DNA of 64,000 nt. It comes from a virus. The notes below the pieces were generated by a model. The model saw nothing but the letters and a program-made list of their open reading frames with translations, was not told the origin of the DNA and searched no databases. The stretch covers positions 2,746 through 66,745 of IMG/VR virus record IMGVR_UViG_3300010403_000025; one strand, 5' to 3'. Below, piece by piece: positions 9,401 to 19,143 of the stretch; positions within the stretch are counted from its first letter, which is position 1, and every line of letters begins with the position of its first letter. The translations under genes and the position numbers were made by a program.

Positions 9401-10107
9401 TGGACTACCGCAGGATCGATCAGTTAGAGGCGGTCATCGTTGCGGCAGAACACGCGAACGCCTGGAAGGATCCGGACATTCCGAAACTGCAATATGAAAT
9501 CGCAAGCCGTGAACTCGACAATTATCGTAAGGGGATATCGGTCCCGCCGTTCAATGCGCTGATCCGCTGCTTGCGTCAGATCTCGTTCGGGCCGAAGGTA
9601 TCGATACTCGATGTCGGAGCGAGTGCAGGGTATTACAGCGAAGTCTTAAAGATTGCGGGATACGATTTCGACTATACGGCGCTGGACTTCTCGCCGACAT
9701 TCAAGGAATTGGCCGAGGAACTCTATCCCGGCATTCGATTCGATCTGGGAGACGCCCGACAGTTGCCCTACGCGCATGATGCTTTCGATATCGTTTTGAG
9801 CGGCTGTTGCATGTTGCACATTCTCGACTATGGGCAGGTAATCCGCGAGACGGCTCGAGTCACTTCACGCTATGCGATCTTCAGTAAGACTCCGATTAGG
9901 TTTGACGCAACGACGTATTTTGAAAAGACAGCCTATGGCAAGCCGTGTCTGGAAATCCATTTCAGCGAAGCGGAGTTGCTGCAATTATTCTTGGATGCTG
10001 GCTTACGGCTGATTTACTCGACGGATGTGTATTCCGCCGTGACCGAACTCGGCGGGTATCGCACGTACCTGTTAGAGAAAAAACACCTCATGCACCATCC
10101 GGTCTGA
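9388..10107 (+). CDS. Class I SAM-dependent methyltransferase
   Basis: ILDVGASAGYY, GDARQLPY...FDIVLS. Confidence 0.88.
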   Translation: MSRIMDYRRIDQLEAVIVAAEHANAWKDPDIPKLQYEIASRELDNYRKGISVPPFNALIRCLRQISFGPKVSILDVGASAGYYSEVLKIAGYDFDYTALDFSPTFKELAEELYPGIRFDLGDARQLPYAHDAFDIVLSGCCMLHILDYGQVIRETARVTSRYAIFSKTPIRFDATTYFEKTAYGKPCLEIHFSEAELLQLFLDAGLRLIYSTDVYSAVTELGGYRTYLLEKKHLMHHPV

Positions 10108-10110
10108 TGA

Positions 10111-11124
10111 GTGTCGAGATTACGAATCGGAATCGTCGGGGCTGGTTTTGGAAGCTATGGACTACTGCCAGCCTTTCGGCGCGATGATCGATGCGAAGTT
10201 ACCGCCATTGCCACAACATCTCCAGAAACTGCCGTGCGTGCAGCTTCACGGTTGGGTATCGCTCGTCCGTTTGCGTGTTGGGAAAAGCTGGTTAGCTGTG
10301 ACGAGGTCGATGCAGTTGCCATTGCCACACCGCCAGTCTTTCAACCGGATATCGCTGTGGCAGCACTCTCCATCGGAAAGCCTGTGTTTGCCGAAAAGCC
10401 ATTGGCCGCGAATCTTGCCGAGGCCGAAACGCTCGTGACCGTGGCCGAGACATGCGGAGTGGCGAATGTCGTGGATTTCCTATTCCCCGAATTGACTGTG
10501 TTCGCAAAGGCAAAAGAATTCATGAGCCAAGGTTGTATTGGAACGCCTCTGCACATTGCGGCCGAATGGATATTCTGGAGTTCTGATCATCGGCATAACG
10601 CGACGACGTGGAGGACGGATACTCGTTCAGGTGGTGGAGCGCTCTCGCACTACGGCTCGCACATGATTTACTACCTGCAATCGTTCTTTGGCCCGATCGC
10701 ATCTGTTACTGCTCGAGTCACCAAGCCATTCGACTATCGGCATTCGGGAGACACGATTGCGACACTGATTCTTTCTTTTAAGAAAGGAACTACTGGCACG
10801 CTCACGGTCAGTTCCGGCAGTCCTACAGCGGCGCGACATTCCGTTGAGATTTTGGGAACTGCCGGAACCCTGGTGTTATCCAATGCCACGGAGAATCCGG
10901 TATATGGCTTTACGCTACAGCATCACAAAGGCCACGACGCCGCAGGCGAACCAATCGGCGAACCGGAAGAAACGGGCGTGGATTGCCGGGTGCGTCCAGC
11001 ATCTCAGATTGTGCAGCGTTTTATCGACTGGATTCTCACGGGGCAGCAAGCACGGCCATCGTTCCGTGACGGCCTGGATGTGCAGCGGGTCCTTGAATCG
11101 GCCCTTCAATCGAGGACCGCGTGA
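10111..11124 (+). CDS. Gfo/Idh/MocA NAD(P)-dependent oxidoreductase
   Basis: IGIVGAGFG, DAVAIATPP, GKPVFAEKPLA, GGGAL...GSH. Confidence 0.92.
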   Translation: MSRLRIGIVGAGFGSYGLLPAFRRDDRCEVTAIATTSPETAVRAASRLGIARPFACWEKLVSCDEVDAVAIATPPVFQPDIAVAALSIGKPVFAEKPLAANLAEAETLVTVAETCGVANVVDFLFPELTVFAKAKEFMSQGCIGTPLHIAAEWIFWSSDHRHNATTWRTDTRSGGGALSHYGSHMIYYLQSFFGPIASVTARVTKPFDYRHSGDTIATLILSFKKGTTGTLTVSSGSPTAARHSVEILGTAGTLVLSNATENPVYGFTLQHHKGHDAAGEPIGEPEETGVDCRVRPASQIVQRFIDWILTGQQARPSFRDGLDVQRVLESALQSRTA

Positions 11125-11390
11125 AGAAGCTCGGCATGATCCGCGACCCACGGTTAAGACTGCGCCGCCCGATCCCTGTGATGGAGAAACGATTCGACGA
11201 TGAGATCTTCCTATGGTCTCGGCCGCTTTCTCTTTTCGGAACAGGTCGGTCTTTCGGTGAAGCCGCGGAGGATTTCACAAGATCCGTAGTGGAGCTGTAT
11301 TGGCTGTTGAAAGAATCCGAACTGGGACCGGGATTGATGCGTGAGTGGAAATTCGCGCAGCAATATATCGAGGAACGTGAAGCTGCGTGA
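11121..11390 (+). CDS. HicB-like fold protein (no HicA partner seen)
   Basis: LFGTGRSFGEAAEDF...ELY pattern resembles the HicB partial RNase H fold. Confidence 0.45.
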   Translation: MKKLGMIRDPRLRLRRPIPVMEKRFDDEIFLWSRPLSLFGTGRSFGEAAEDFTRSVVELYWLLKESELGPGLMREWKFAQQYIEEREAA

Positions 11391-11403
11391 GAATCGCAAT
11401 GTG

Positions 11404-11517
11404 CTACAGGTCTGACAGGAACATCCAGCCGAGAAAAAGCGCCCATACCACATACAGTGCGGTACAAGTCAGAATCGCACCGATCATGCGCAGCCAAGTC
11501 ATCTCTTCCTGTTCCAT
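11404..11517 (-). CDS. 37-aa single-pass membrane peptide, leaderless (not in ORF track)
   Basis: MEQEEMTWLRMIGAILTCTALYVVWALFLGWMFLSDL; consensus TATAAT 6 nt before ATG. Confidence 0.6.
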   Translation of the reverse strand: MEQEEMTWLRMIGAILTCTALYVVWALFLGWMFLSDL

Positions 11518-11543
11518 AGGTTAATTATAATGCGGGCGATAGC

Positions 11544-12245
11544 GTGAGAATCTCCCTTCTCTCAACAGACGGACGCGATGATATCGTTGAAGGATTCATC
11601 AAGTTTGCTGAGCGCTTCTGGCCCGACAGGCGGTGGCCTATCGACGTTATCGCTGGTGATCCTGAAGGCTCGTACAGTAAAAGAATCACTTCGTATTTGA
11701 AATCGATACCGGACGAAGTTTTGATGATGGCCATCGATGATTTCTGGCCACTCGGCGTGGATCAGAAGGCGATCGATCGTGCCTATGAGCACATCTTGAA
11801 CAACAAATCCGTCGGAGCGATTCATTTACTTCCCTGTGTCAGTACTGGCGCGGACTGTCCCGAACTTCCAGGCTTCCGGCATATCGACATTCGTGATTCG
11901 GACCGAAGTTCCGAAGGAGCATTCCTGACACGTCGGCAGTATATGTTGGAGATCACCGAGAATATCGGTTCCCGGCTAACCGAAGAGCAGGATGCAGGAA
12001 TCATCGGCATGACCTATTGGGAACTGAACGCCAATCAGATTGGCTCGCACTGGGATGTGTTATGCCCATACGCGACGGTTCACGTCTTCTCACGCATCAA
12101 CGCTGCAGCCGAAGCGCAATGGCGGGAAGAGACAGTGGCGTTGGTGGCCAAGATGGGAATCGATCTGGATATGACGCGACGGCCGTTATGGGACGGCAAG
12201 TTCCCACACTGGGATGCGTGGAGCCGCTTACCTTCGCAGGTTTAG
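11544..12245 (+). CDS. Putative GT-A glycosyltransferase (paralog 1)
   Basis: ERFWPD, LMMAIDDFW, late WE motif; similar to 15088 and 20230 ORFs. Confidence 0.6.
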   Translation: MRISLLSTDGRDDIVEGFIKFAERFWPDRRWPIDVIAGDPEGSYSKRITSYLKSIPDEVLMMAIDDFWPLGVDQKAIDRAYEHILNNKSVGAIHLLPCVSTGADCPELPGFRHIDIRDSDRSSEGAFLTRRQYMLEITENIGSRLTEEQDAGIIGMTYWELNANQIGSHWDVLCPYATVHVFSRINAAAEAQWREETVALVAKMGIDLDMTRRPLWDGKFPHWDAWSRLPSQV

Positions 12246-12258
12246 GATGAGACGGCGA

Positions 12259-12492
12259 TTAAAATAATGTGATCTTGATGAAATCGTCGTCACTCTCACG
12301 CTTTAATATAAAGCAGTCATGCGGCCACCAATCCGCGGCGTCATCGCCCTTACATAGATAATGCTTGCCAAAAAACTCATTCAGCTGATCCGGAGAACGA
12401 CGGGTAGTGAACCACGGCCCGCCGTAATGCTTTGCAATGCCGAAGCCTTGATTGCAGAACTTGCAAACGATATATAGCCGATCATTGGCCAT
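12259..12492 (-). CDS. Small Cys/His-containing hypothetical protein (antisense)
   Basis: CKFC...HYLC; fills the gap between plus-strand GT genes; its start shares CATG with the divergent gene. Confidence 0.55.
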   Translation of the reverse strand: MANDRLYIVCKFCNQGFGIAKHYGGPWFTTRRSPDQLNEFFGKHYLCKGDDAADWWPHDCFILKRESDDDFIKITLF

Positions 12493-13339
12493 GCGTCATT
12501 ATTGCACCTTATTCGATTCAAAATATCTCCCGCAAGGCCTCGCTCTATATGATTCGCTGGTGAAGCATTCCAGTGAGCGATTTGCGTTATGGGTACTGGC
12601 GATGGACGCGGAGTGTTCTACGGCATTGCGTCAACTGGCCTTGCCTTATGTTCGCGTCGTCGATCGCTATTGGTTTGAACAGCAAGCCTCGTTTGGTATC
12701 AAGCTGGGGCAGACGCATCAAGAATACTGCTGGGCCTGCGCTTCGGTGTTCACGAGTTATCTGATGACAATCTGTGAAGACGATGACTACGACACATTCG
12801 ACGCATTCACGTATTTAGACGCTGACTGTTACTTTTACAGCAATCCGAAAGTGATCTTCGATGAAATTGCTGATCGCTCTATCGCGGTGATTCCCCATCG
12901 GCTCATTCCTTCAAAGAAGCATCTAGAAGTGAACGGCATGTTCAACGTATCGCTCGTTTATTTCAAGAACACGCCGACTGGTCGAAAGTGTTTATCGACT
13001 TGGTCATTGCAATGTCGAGAGCGGTGCTCGGCGAAAGTCGGTTGCGGCGATCAGAAATACCTCGACGAATGGCCCGCGAAGTATGGCGATGAACTCTGCG
13101 TGATTCAAAACATCGGTGCCGGTCTAGCGCCGTGGAATTTCGCGCACTACAGAATCACTGAAGGACCGAAGGCGGATGGGAACGACGTGGTGTTTGTGCA
13201 CTATCATGAGTACGTGCACGGCCAACGTCTGACGAATTACGAACTGCGCGACGAAGACGTGAAATACATTTACGCGCCTTACTTCGCCGCAGTCTCGCGC
13301 GCTCAAGACACTATTGCTTCAATACAGATACAGGCTTAA
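12491..13339 (+). CDS. Putative GT-A glycosyltransferase (GT8-like)
   Basis: YCTLFDSKYL..GLALY.SL, YLDAD.YFY, FN, DQKYLDEW, GLAPWN, FVHYH. Confidence 0.8.
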   Translation: MRHYCTLFDSKYLPQGLALYDSLVKHSSERFALWVLAMDAECSTALRQLALPYVRVVDRYWFEQQASFGIKLGQTHQEYCWACASVFTSYLMTICEDDDYDTFDAFTYLDADCYFYSNPKVIFDEIADRSIAVIPHRLIPSKKHLEVNGMFNVSLVYFKNTPTGRKCLSTWSLQCRERCSAKVGCGDQKYLDEWPAKYGDELCVIQNIGAGLAPWNFAHYRITEGPKADGNDVVFVHYHEYVHGQRLTNYELRDEDVKYIYAPYFAAVSRAQDTIASIQIQA

Positions 13340-13578
13340 GGCAGTTTATCGAGCGCTAATCCTTCAAGATACGCATATTCAATGACGGTGATATCGTCGC
13401 GCGTTTGCAGGCTACAGCAGGAGCAGGTGCCGAGCACCTCGTTCATTGTCCCTATCAGGAATGTGCCTTTATCTGTTCGGATGATTGTCCCGGCGATAGA
13501 AAGCCTATTTCCGCCTAGTTCATCTTCGTTGATGAAGAGTTGAATTGATTGACCATACGGAATCCACTGTAAATTCAT
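13336..13578 (-). CDS. Hypothetical protein (antisense, leaderless)
   Basis: TAGAAT 6 nt upstream of ATG; CSCC motif. Confidence 0.55.
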   Translation of the reverse strand: MNLQWIPYGQSIQLFINEDELGGNRLSIAGTIIRTDKGTFLIGTMNEVLGTCSCCSLQTRDDITVIEYAYLEGLALDKLP

Positions 13579-13591
13579 CCCGTTATTCTAG

Positions 13592-14512
13592 ATGAAGCAA
13601 TACATTTACAAGCCTGAACATATTGGGCTAAGTCAGTGGCCATCCGGTGAACTAAGACTGGAAGGCATCGAGATCACGGATGATCCGCACTCTGCGGACA
13701 TTTTTGTGTGCCCGGGAAATATCCGGCTCTTTGAAGCCACGCAGGGCACCGGCATCTTGGATCACGCGAGACTCTACGGACTGCCGTACTTCGCTGGCAA
13801 TGAATCGCGCCACGTCTTCTTCGATTGCTCGGACAATTTTAAAGCGGCGATTCGTCTGCCGATTCTATTTATCAAATGCGATGCCCGAACGTGGATGCTG
13901 CCGCATGATCCCGGTACTGTGCCTATCGCGTGGCCCGTCGAAGACTATGCCGAATGTATGGAACTGCCGGATCGTGGTTTCATTCATGACATTAGTTTCC
14001 ATGGATGGTTGTCCACGGATACGCGCACGGCATCCTCGAATGCGTGCCTGGATAATCCCAAGCTTAAATCAGACGTTGCGCAGTACTCAGACTTCTTTGG
14101 ATACCGTAAACCGGAGGATCCCGAATACACACGGCGCCGTGCAGCGTTTCGCCGGAGCATGAGAGACAGCCGACTCGCACTGTGCCCCGAGTCGATTCCC
14201 GGCGTGCTGCCGTACCGATTCTTTGAAGCGATGAGTGCGGGCCGGATTCCATTACTCGTATCCAGTGACTACGTGCTGCCGTTCAGCCACGAGATACCCT
14301 ACGATGATTTCATCATCCGCGTTGAAAGCCGAGATGCTTCTCAGGCGGATGCTGCTGCTCTGGCCTATCTTGACGGGAAAGCCGACCACGAACTGATCGA
14401 TCGCGGATTAGAAGCGCGGCACTACTGGTTGAAATTTCTGGATGCTCGACGGTGGCCTGAAATCATGGCCTATGCGGTGACGCAGAAGTTGAAAACGTTG
14501 GTCACGTCATGA
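13592..14512 (+). CDS. Exostosin-like (GT47) glycosyltransferase
   Basis: MRDSRLALCP....YRFFEAMSAGRIPLLVSSDYVLPF...IPYDDF is the exostosin C-terminal signature. Confidence 0.85.
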   Translation: MKQYIYKPEHIGLSQWPSGELRLEGIEITDDPHSADIFVCPGNIRLFEATQGTGILDHARLYGLPYFAGNESRHVFFDCSDNFKAAIRLPILFIKCDARTWMLPHDPGTVPIAWPVEDYAECMELPDRGFIHDISFHGWLSTDTRTASSNACLDNPKLKSDVAQYSDFFGYRKPEDPEYTRRRAAFRRSMRDSRLALCPESIPGVLPYRFFEAMSAGRIPLLVSSDYVLPFSHEIPYDDFIIRVESRDASQADAAALAYLDGKADHELIDRGLEARHYWLKFLDARRWPEIMAYAVTQKLKTLVTS

Positions 14513-14681
14513 CTCCCGATCAAATCTCCGACTATGACGCCTTCGCCGATCTTCAAGAGCAAGCCGAAGCGTATGAAGCCGACGCTGCGGACTTGCAGGC
14601 TCAATATCTCGTCGCCGTCGAACTCGCGCGCCGGTTGCGATCGGAAGCGAAAGTGATTGCCGAGCGATTAGGGCTGACGTG

Positions 14682-14903
14682 CTAGTCGTAATCGATAAGA
14701 CCCATCTTGTTCATGACAATCAACGCTGAGCCGACATATCGCCTGATCTCGACATACGGGCCGGAGCCGAAGCCGCGCTCCTTTTCTTGGGCTATCAGTT
14801 GCTCCCAACGTGCATCTGCCTCCTCTGGAGGAATGAAGCCGTCAGCCATCTCGATACGGTAGACGCCCTTAGCAATAGTATTGGTTAGTTCATCCCATTT
14901 CAT
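14682..14903 (-). CDS. Hypothetical protein (antisense, leaderless)
   Basis: TATACT 7 nt upstream of ATG (MKWDELTNT...). Confidence 0.5.
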   Translation of the reverse strand: MKWDELTNTIAKGVYRIEMADGFIPPEEADARWEQLIAQEKERGFGSGPYVEIRRYVGSALIVMNKMGLIDYD

Positions 14904-15087
14904 TTTATGAAGTATAGCGAATGACCGCCGAGCGGAAATACGCATTGCTTCAGGCAAGTGCATTGATCTTCGCCGAGACCCTAGACCACATGGACCCGAA
15001 TAACCATCTGTCGGAAGAGGATCTCATCGAGTCCGCTGTGGCACGCGCCGAGTTGCTACTTGCTGAGATTGAACGGCGCGAAAAGGA

Positions 15088-15807
15088 ATGAGTCTCGACA
15101 CTCGCCTCGTTGTCGTTTCCTGTCCTCGTCGCGCACCGATTCAGCAAATATGGTGGGACTGCTTTAAGAGAAGCTGGCCGGATTGTCCGCTTCCCGTTAC
15201 GGTGCTGTCGCCTGAAATAGACTTCGGATGGAATGCGAACTTAAGGCAATGCCTCGACACGCTCACGGAAGAATTGATCCTGCTCATGCTCGACGACAAT
15301 TTTCTCGAGCCGCTACCGTCTGGTGAAATGACCGCAGGGATTTTTCGCGTGGCCGAACTGATGACAACGCATCCCGATATCGCGATGGTGAAACTTCAAG
15401 CCGGCGCGGCGCATGCTCCCGAGCTTGAATTTCCCGACTGGGACCGTATCCGCGAATACGATCGCGCGCACCATCCATTCAAGAGAACGAACTTAGTCCC
15501 GACGCTCTATCGGCGAACGTGGCTGCATCGCTTATCGAGTGCAGTGCTGTCCGAGATTGGCCCTGCGCGGGATGTTGGCCGAAACGGTGCGATTGAATTT
15601 GAAATGACAGGAACGCTACTGACGATGAATACCGAGAACTGGCCCGAGCGCATGATGGGCGTGCATCGGCCGCTCCCTGGAGGTAACGGCGGCGATTCGT
15701 TTCTGACGTGCCTCGCGAATGATGCGGTACTGGAAGGAAGAATGCGGCCGATTGACGTTTTGCAGAATCTTTGTGTCGGCGTTCCTGGGATTGAGGCGTT
15801 TTTATGA
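15088..15807 (+). CDS. Putative GT-A glycosyltransferase (paralog 2)
   Basis: KRSWPDCP, ILLMLDDNFL, LYRR, EFE..GT. Confidence 0.65.
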   Translation: MSLDTRLVVVSCPRRAPIQQIWWDCFKRSWPDCPLPVTVLSPEIDFGWNANLRQCLDTLTEELILLMLDDNFLEPLPSGEMTAGIFRVAELMTTHPDIAMVKLQAGAAHAPELEFPDWDRIREYDRAHHPFKRTNLVPTLYRRTWLHRLSSAVLSEIGPARDVGRNGAIEFEMTGTLLTMNTENWPERMMGVHRPLPGGNGGDSFLTCLANDAVLEGRMRPIDVLQNLCVGVPGIEAFL

Positions 15808-16086
15808 TTTATAGGATATTGAGCCAATGATTACCTGGGTGGGACCGTCGAGAGATGGTAGCTGCCAGGTATATGATCCGTTGACGAACGATACGTGTGT
15901 GCCAACGTTCTTCCATTGCCCGTTTATGAACAGCTGTAATTGGACATCATGGCTGTATTGAGCGACGGACACGACCTTCGGAATAAAAATGGTTTTCGCT
16001 TCTGGGCGCCAGAGCAGTTGTTCGGGATCTACGGCAAGGGACGCGGCCACTGCCATCGCTCTCTGAAGAAATCCACGTCTATCCAT
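15802..16086 (-). CDS. Small protein with twin-arginine-like N-terminus
   Basis: MDRRGFLQRAMAVAASLAVDPEQLLWRPEAKTIFIP. Confidence 0.6.
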   Translation of the reverse strand: MDRRGFLQRAMAVAASLAVDPEQLLWRPEAKTIFIPKVVSVAQYSHDVQLQLFINGQWKNVGTHVSFVNGSYTWQLPSLDGPTQVIIGSISYKS

Positions 16087-16282
16087 AGCTATGAAGAACC
16101 TGTGAAAGCTAGCCGCTCCATCAAGGTTAGCCACTGGGACAGCGTTGGGCTGCACGTCCACTTGGGCGTCAAGCGGTGAACGCTGAGCTACGCTTGACTT
16201 ATCCGAAACGGATTCGCAGTTCACGACCTCCGCTTTCCTTACATACGGCGCTCTGGTCGCTAGCTTTAAAGAGAATCATACA

Positions 16283-17557
16283 TTGATCTACGCTCAAGCG
16301 CATCCCGTAGCACTGCGAGAGATGATTGAAGAACGTCTCGCTCAAGCACCGGCACCAACCTATCCCTACCCTCTCGGCTATGTCACTTGGACGGCGGATG
16401 AAATCTTAGCGGCGCTGGATTGTCTCTGCGATCGCATGACGACGATGTGGACGAAGGTCGAGGACTTCGAGAGGCAATTCGGCGACTATCTTGGATCTCA
16501 ACGGGCCGTGATGGTGAACTCCGGATCGAGCGCGGACCTCGTCATGATGCTGGTTTCACGCGAACTGGGAATGCTCCAGCGCGGCGATGAGATCCTGATG
16601 CCGGCCGTTACTTGGCCGACACAGGCATGGGCGGCAATCGAGGCGGGATTCTCGGTGAGGTTCGTTGACGTCGAAGTCGCCACGCTGAATACCTCGCCGG
16701 CGATTCTCGAAGCGGCGATTACACCAAAGACGAAAGCGATCTTCCTCGTCCACCTGATGGGCAATCCCTGCGAGATGGATGCGATTCAAGAACTGGCCGA
16801 GCGCCACAAGCTATTGATCTTTGAGGACTGCTGCGAAGCCCTCGGTGCGGAGTTCGATGGTCACAAGGTCGGAACGTTCGGAGTAGCAAGCGCCTTCTCA
16901 TTCTTCGCGTCTCATCACATTTCGACGATGGAAGGCGGCATGATCACGACAGAGAGCGCGGAGTTTGCGGAAGGTTGCCGATTGATGCGCGCTCATGGTT
17001 GGGCTCGCGATATGCGCTATCGGCTGAATGATGTGGAGTGCCTGACGCGGTATGGTTGCGTGGATGATCCGCATTATTTATTCCTTGCGATGGGTTTTAA
17101 CTTCCGGCCTACCGAACTGCAAGGCGCTATGGGGCAGGTGCAGCTCGAGAAACTCGACACCATGAACCGATGGCGCGAGACGAATGCGACGGCAATTGCG
17201 AATCAGTTTCGAACAACGAACGAGCACACCGTAGAAGCCTTGATGCCGACGAGCTACAAAGCCACGCCTGCGTGGTTTGGTCTGCCATTCGTGATTAAAG
17301 ACAAGATGCCGTACACGCGAAGCGATGCGGCGCGATATTTGAAACAGTACGGAGTCGATACCCGGCCGATCGTGGGCGGAAACCTTATGAGACATCCAGC
17401 GTTTTGGAAGTATGCCGCGATGGCCGCAGATGCCCTGCCCGGTGCGAACGCGATTCACGATCGCGGCTTCTATGTGGGCCTACCACCCTTTGAAGCATCG
17501 ATGAATGGATTAGTGGGACTGCTCAGCAATATGGATTCTTATCTACGATGCGCTTAA
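16283..17557 (+). CDS. DegT/DnrJ-family PLP enzyme, ColD-like NDP-4-keto-6-deoxyhexose 3-dehydratase
   Basis: MVNSGSSADL, VHLMGNP, EDCCEALG, SFFASHHISTMEGG (His at the usual Lys position), HGWAR, TRPIVGGN. Confidence 0.88.
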   Translation: MIYAQAHPVALREMIEERLAQAPAPTYPYPLGYVTWTADEILAALDCLCDRMTTMWTKVEDFERQFGDYLGSQRAVMVNSGSSADLVMMLVSRELGMLQRGDEILMPAVTWPTQAWAAIEAGFSVRFVDVEVATLNTSPAILEAAITPKTKAIFLVHLMGNPCEMDAIQELAERHKLLIFEDCCEALGAEFDGHKVGTFGVASAFSFFASHHISTMEGGMITTESAEFAEGCRLMRAHGWARDMRYRLNDVECLTRYGCVDDPHYLFLAMGFNFRPTELQGAMGQVQLEKLDTMNRWRETNATAIANQFRTTNEHTVEALMPTSYKATPAWFGLPFVIKDKMPYTRSDAARYLKQYGVDTRPIVGGNLMRHPAFWKYAAMAADALPGANAIHDRGFYVGLPPFEASMNGLVGLLSNMDSYLRCA

Positions 17558-18019
17558 TGACGGTGATTCATGAGGCAACGCTGATTCGATGTCATCGGCC
17601 AGCTTACGGAGTGCATTCATAATGCTAGATAAGCCATCGCTAAACGAACCGTCCTCTCGACACTGCGCGATGTCGTCTTCGAGCGCAGCGCGTAGGTTGA
17701 ACGAGTACTCTGGATCTCGATCGTCAATGTCGCCAAGTGCAATACTGAGATAGATTGTGAGCGGATCAACTGGCTCGGTCTTTTTCCGTCCGTCGCCATC
17801 GCCCCATATGGCTGGCCAGTCTATGCGCGTATTCTCATCCTTTAGGGCTAATACGAGCGCCTCTTCCGCCGCGCGGGTAATAAGTTGTTTTAGTCCACCT
17901 ATGGCTTCATCTAGCGAGGTCAAGGCCCAGTCAGTTAGGTCCGGCCTGTTGTATTCGTGGGTAAGGTTTATCACGCCTCGCGGCGGTTGGACATCTTTGT
18001 TAGATTTCTTTTTAGCCAT
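17543..18019 (-). CDS. Hypothetical acidic protein (antisense)
   Basis: 158-aa ORF with GGAGG SD upstream. Confidence 0.6.
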   Translation of the reverse strand: MAKKKSNKDVQPPRGVINLTHEYNRPDLTDWALTSLDEAIGGLKQLITRAAEEALVLALKDENTRIDWPAIWGDGDGRKKTEPVDPLTIYLSIALGDIDDRDPEYSFNLRAALEDDIAQCREDGSFSDGLSSIMNALRKLADDIESALPHESPSLSAS

Positions 18020-18114
18020 GAGCGGGATTCCTCCGTTTGTGGTCAGAACCCGTCAAGGAGTTAGGGCAATAATATACTTGACTGACATACCCTTTGTAAC
18101 ATATAGTTCTTTAT

Positions 18115-19104
18115 ATGGATAAGAACTCTTTGCCGCAGACCTTACAAGAAGCCGTCATTTACTTCGCGGACTATCAGCATTGCCACGACTTCATGATATC
18201 GCTTCGTTGGCCTGATGGCGTCGTGAAGTGCCCGCATTGCGGCTCTGACAACGTGAAGTATTTGCCAAATGCTCGCGTGTTCAAATGCTTCGAAAAACAT
18301 CCGCTCGCGAAATTCTCATTGAAGGTCGGAACGATTTTTGAAGACTCACCAATCAGCCTGGATAAATGGATTATCGCAATGTGGCTTGTGGTGAACTGCA
18401 AAAACGGCGTCTCGTCCTACGAGATTGCGCGCGATTTGAAAGTCACACAGAAAACCGCATGGTTCATGGACCATCGCATTCGATTTGCGCTTCACGCTGG
18501 ATCATTCGAAAAGATGGGCGGCGAAGGAACGGAAGTCGAAGCCGATGAAACGTATATCGGCGGACTCGCACGCAACATGCACAAAGATGTTAGGGCCCGC
18601 AAGATCCAGGGGCGCACTGGCTATGCTGGTAAGACTGCCGTGTTCGGTTTATTGGAACGCGGCAAGAATGGAAAGTCTCGCGTCAAAGCTCAGGTTCTAC
18701 CGAATCAGTGGAACACCAAAGAAGCCCGCGCCATCATTCGCGAAACGGTTGAGCAAGGAACAAACCTCTACACCGACGAACACGGCGCATATCACGCGAT
18801 TGGTTCCGAAGGTTTCAACCATGCGTTCGTTCGGCACGCGGAGTCTTACGTTGATGGCGCGGTTCACACCAATGGAATTGAAAACTTCTGGTCACTCTTG
18901 AAGCGCGGCATCAAGGGCACATACGTTAGCGTGGAGCCGTTTCATATGTTTCGCTATCTGGACGAACAGGCTTTCCGCTTCAACGAGCGCTTTGGAAACG
19001 ACCAAGACAGGTTCTTGGCTGCAATGCAAGGTGCAGTAGACAAGCGACTCACATATAAATTGCTCACGGGAAAACTGGAGGATGCTAGTTCGGTATCTAA
19101 CTAA
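18115..19104 (+). CDS. IS1595-family DDE transposase
   Basis: RWPDGVVKCPHCGS zinc ribbon, GTIFEDS, VEADETYIGG, YTDE, VHTNGIENFWSLLKR, RYLDEQAFRFN. Confidence 0.96.
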   Translation: MDKNSLPQTLQEAVIYFADYQHCHDFMISLRWPDGVVKCPHCGSDNVKYLPNARVFKCFEKHPLAKFSLKVGTIFEDSPISLDKWIIAMWLVVNCKNGVSSYEIARDLKVTQKTAWFMDHRIRFALHAGSFEKMGGEGTEVEADETYIGGLARNMHKDVRARKIQGRTGYAGKTAVFGLLERGKNGKSRVKAQVLPNQWNTKEARAIIRETVEQGTNLYTDEHGAYHAIGSEGFNHAFVRHAESYVDGAVHTNGIENFWSLLKRGIKGTYVSVEPFHMFRYLDEQAFRFNERFGNDQDRFLAAMQGAVDKRLTYKLLTGKLEDASSVSN

Positions 19105-19143
19105 AACTGAGAAGAGGCGACAGAAACGAGGAAAGCGGAAGTC

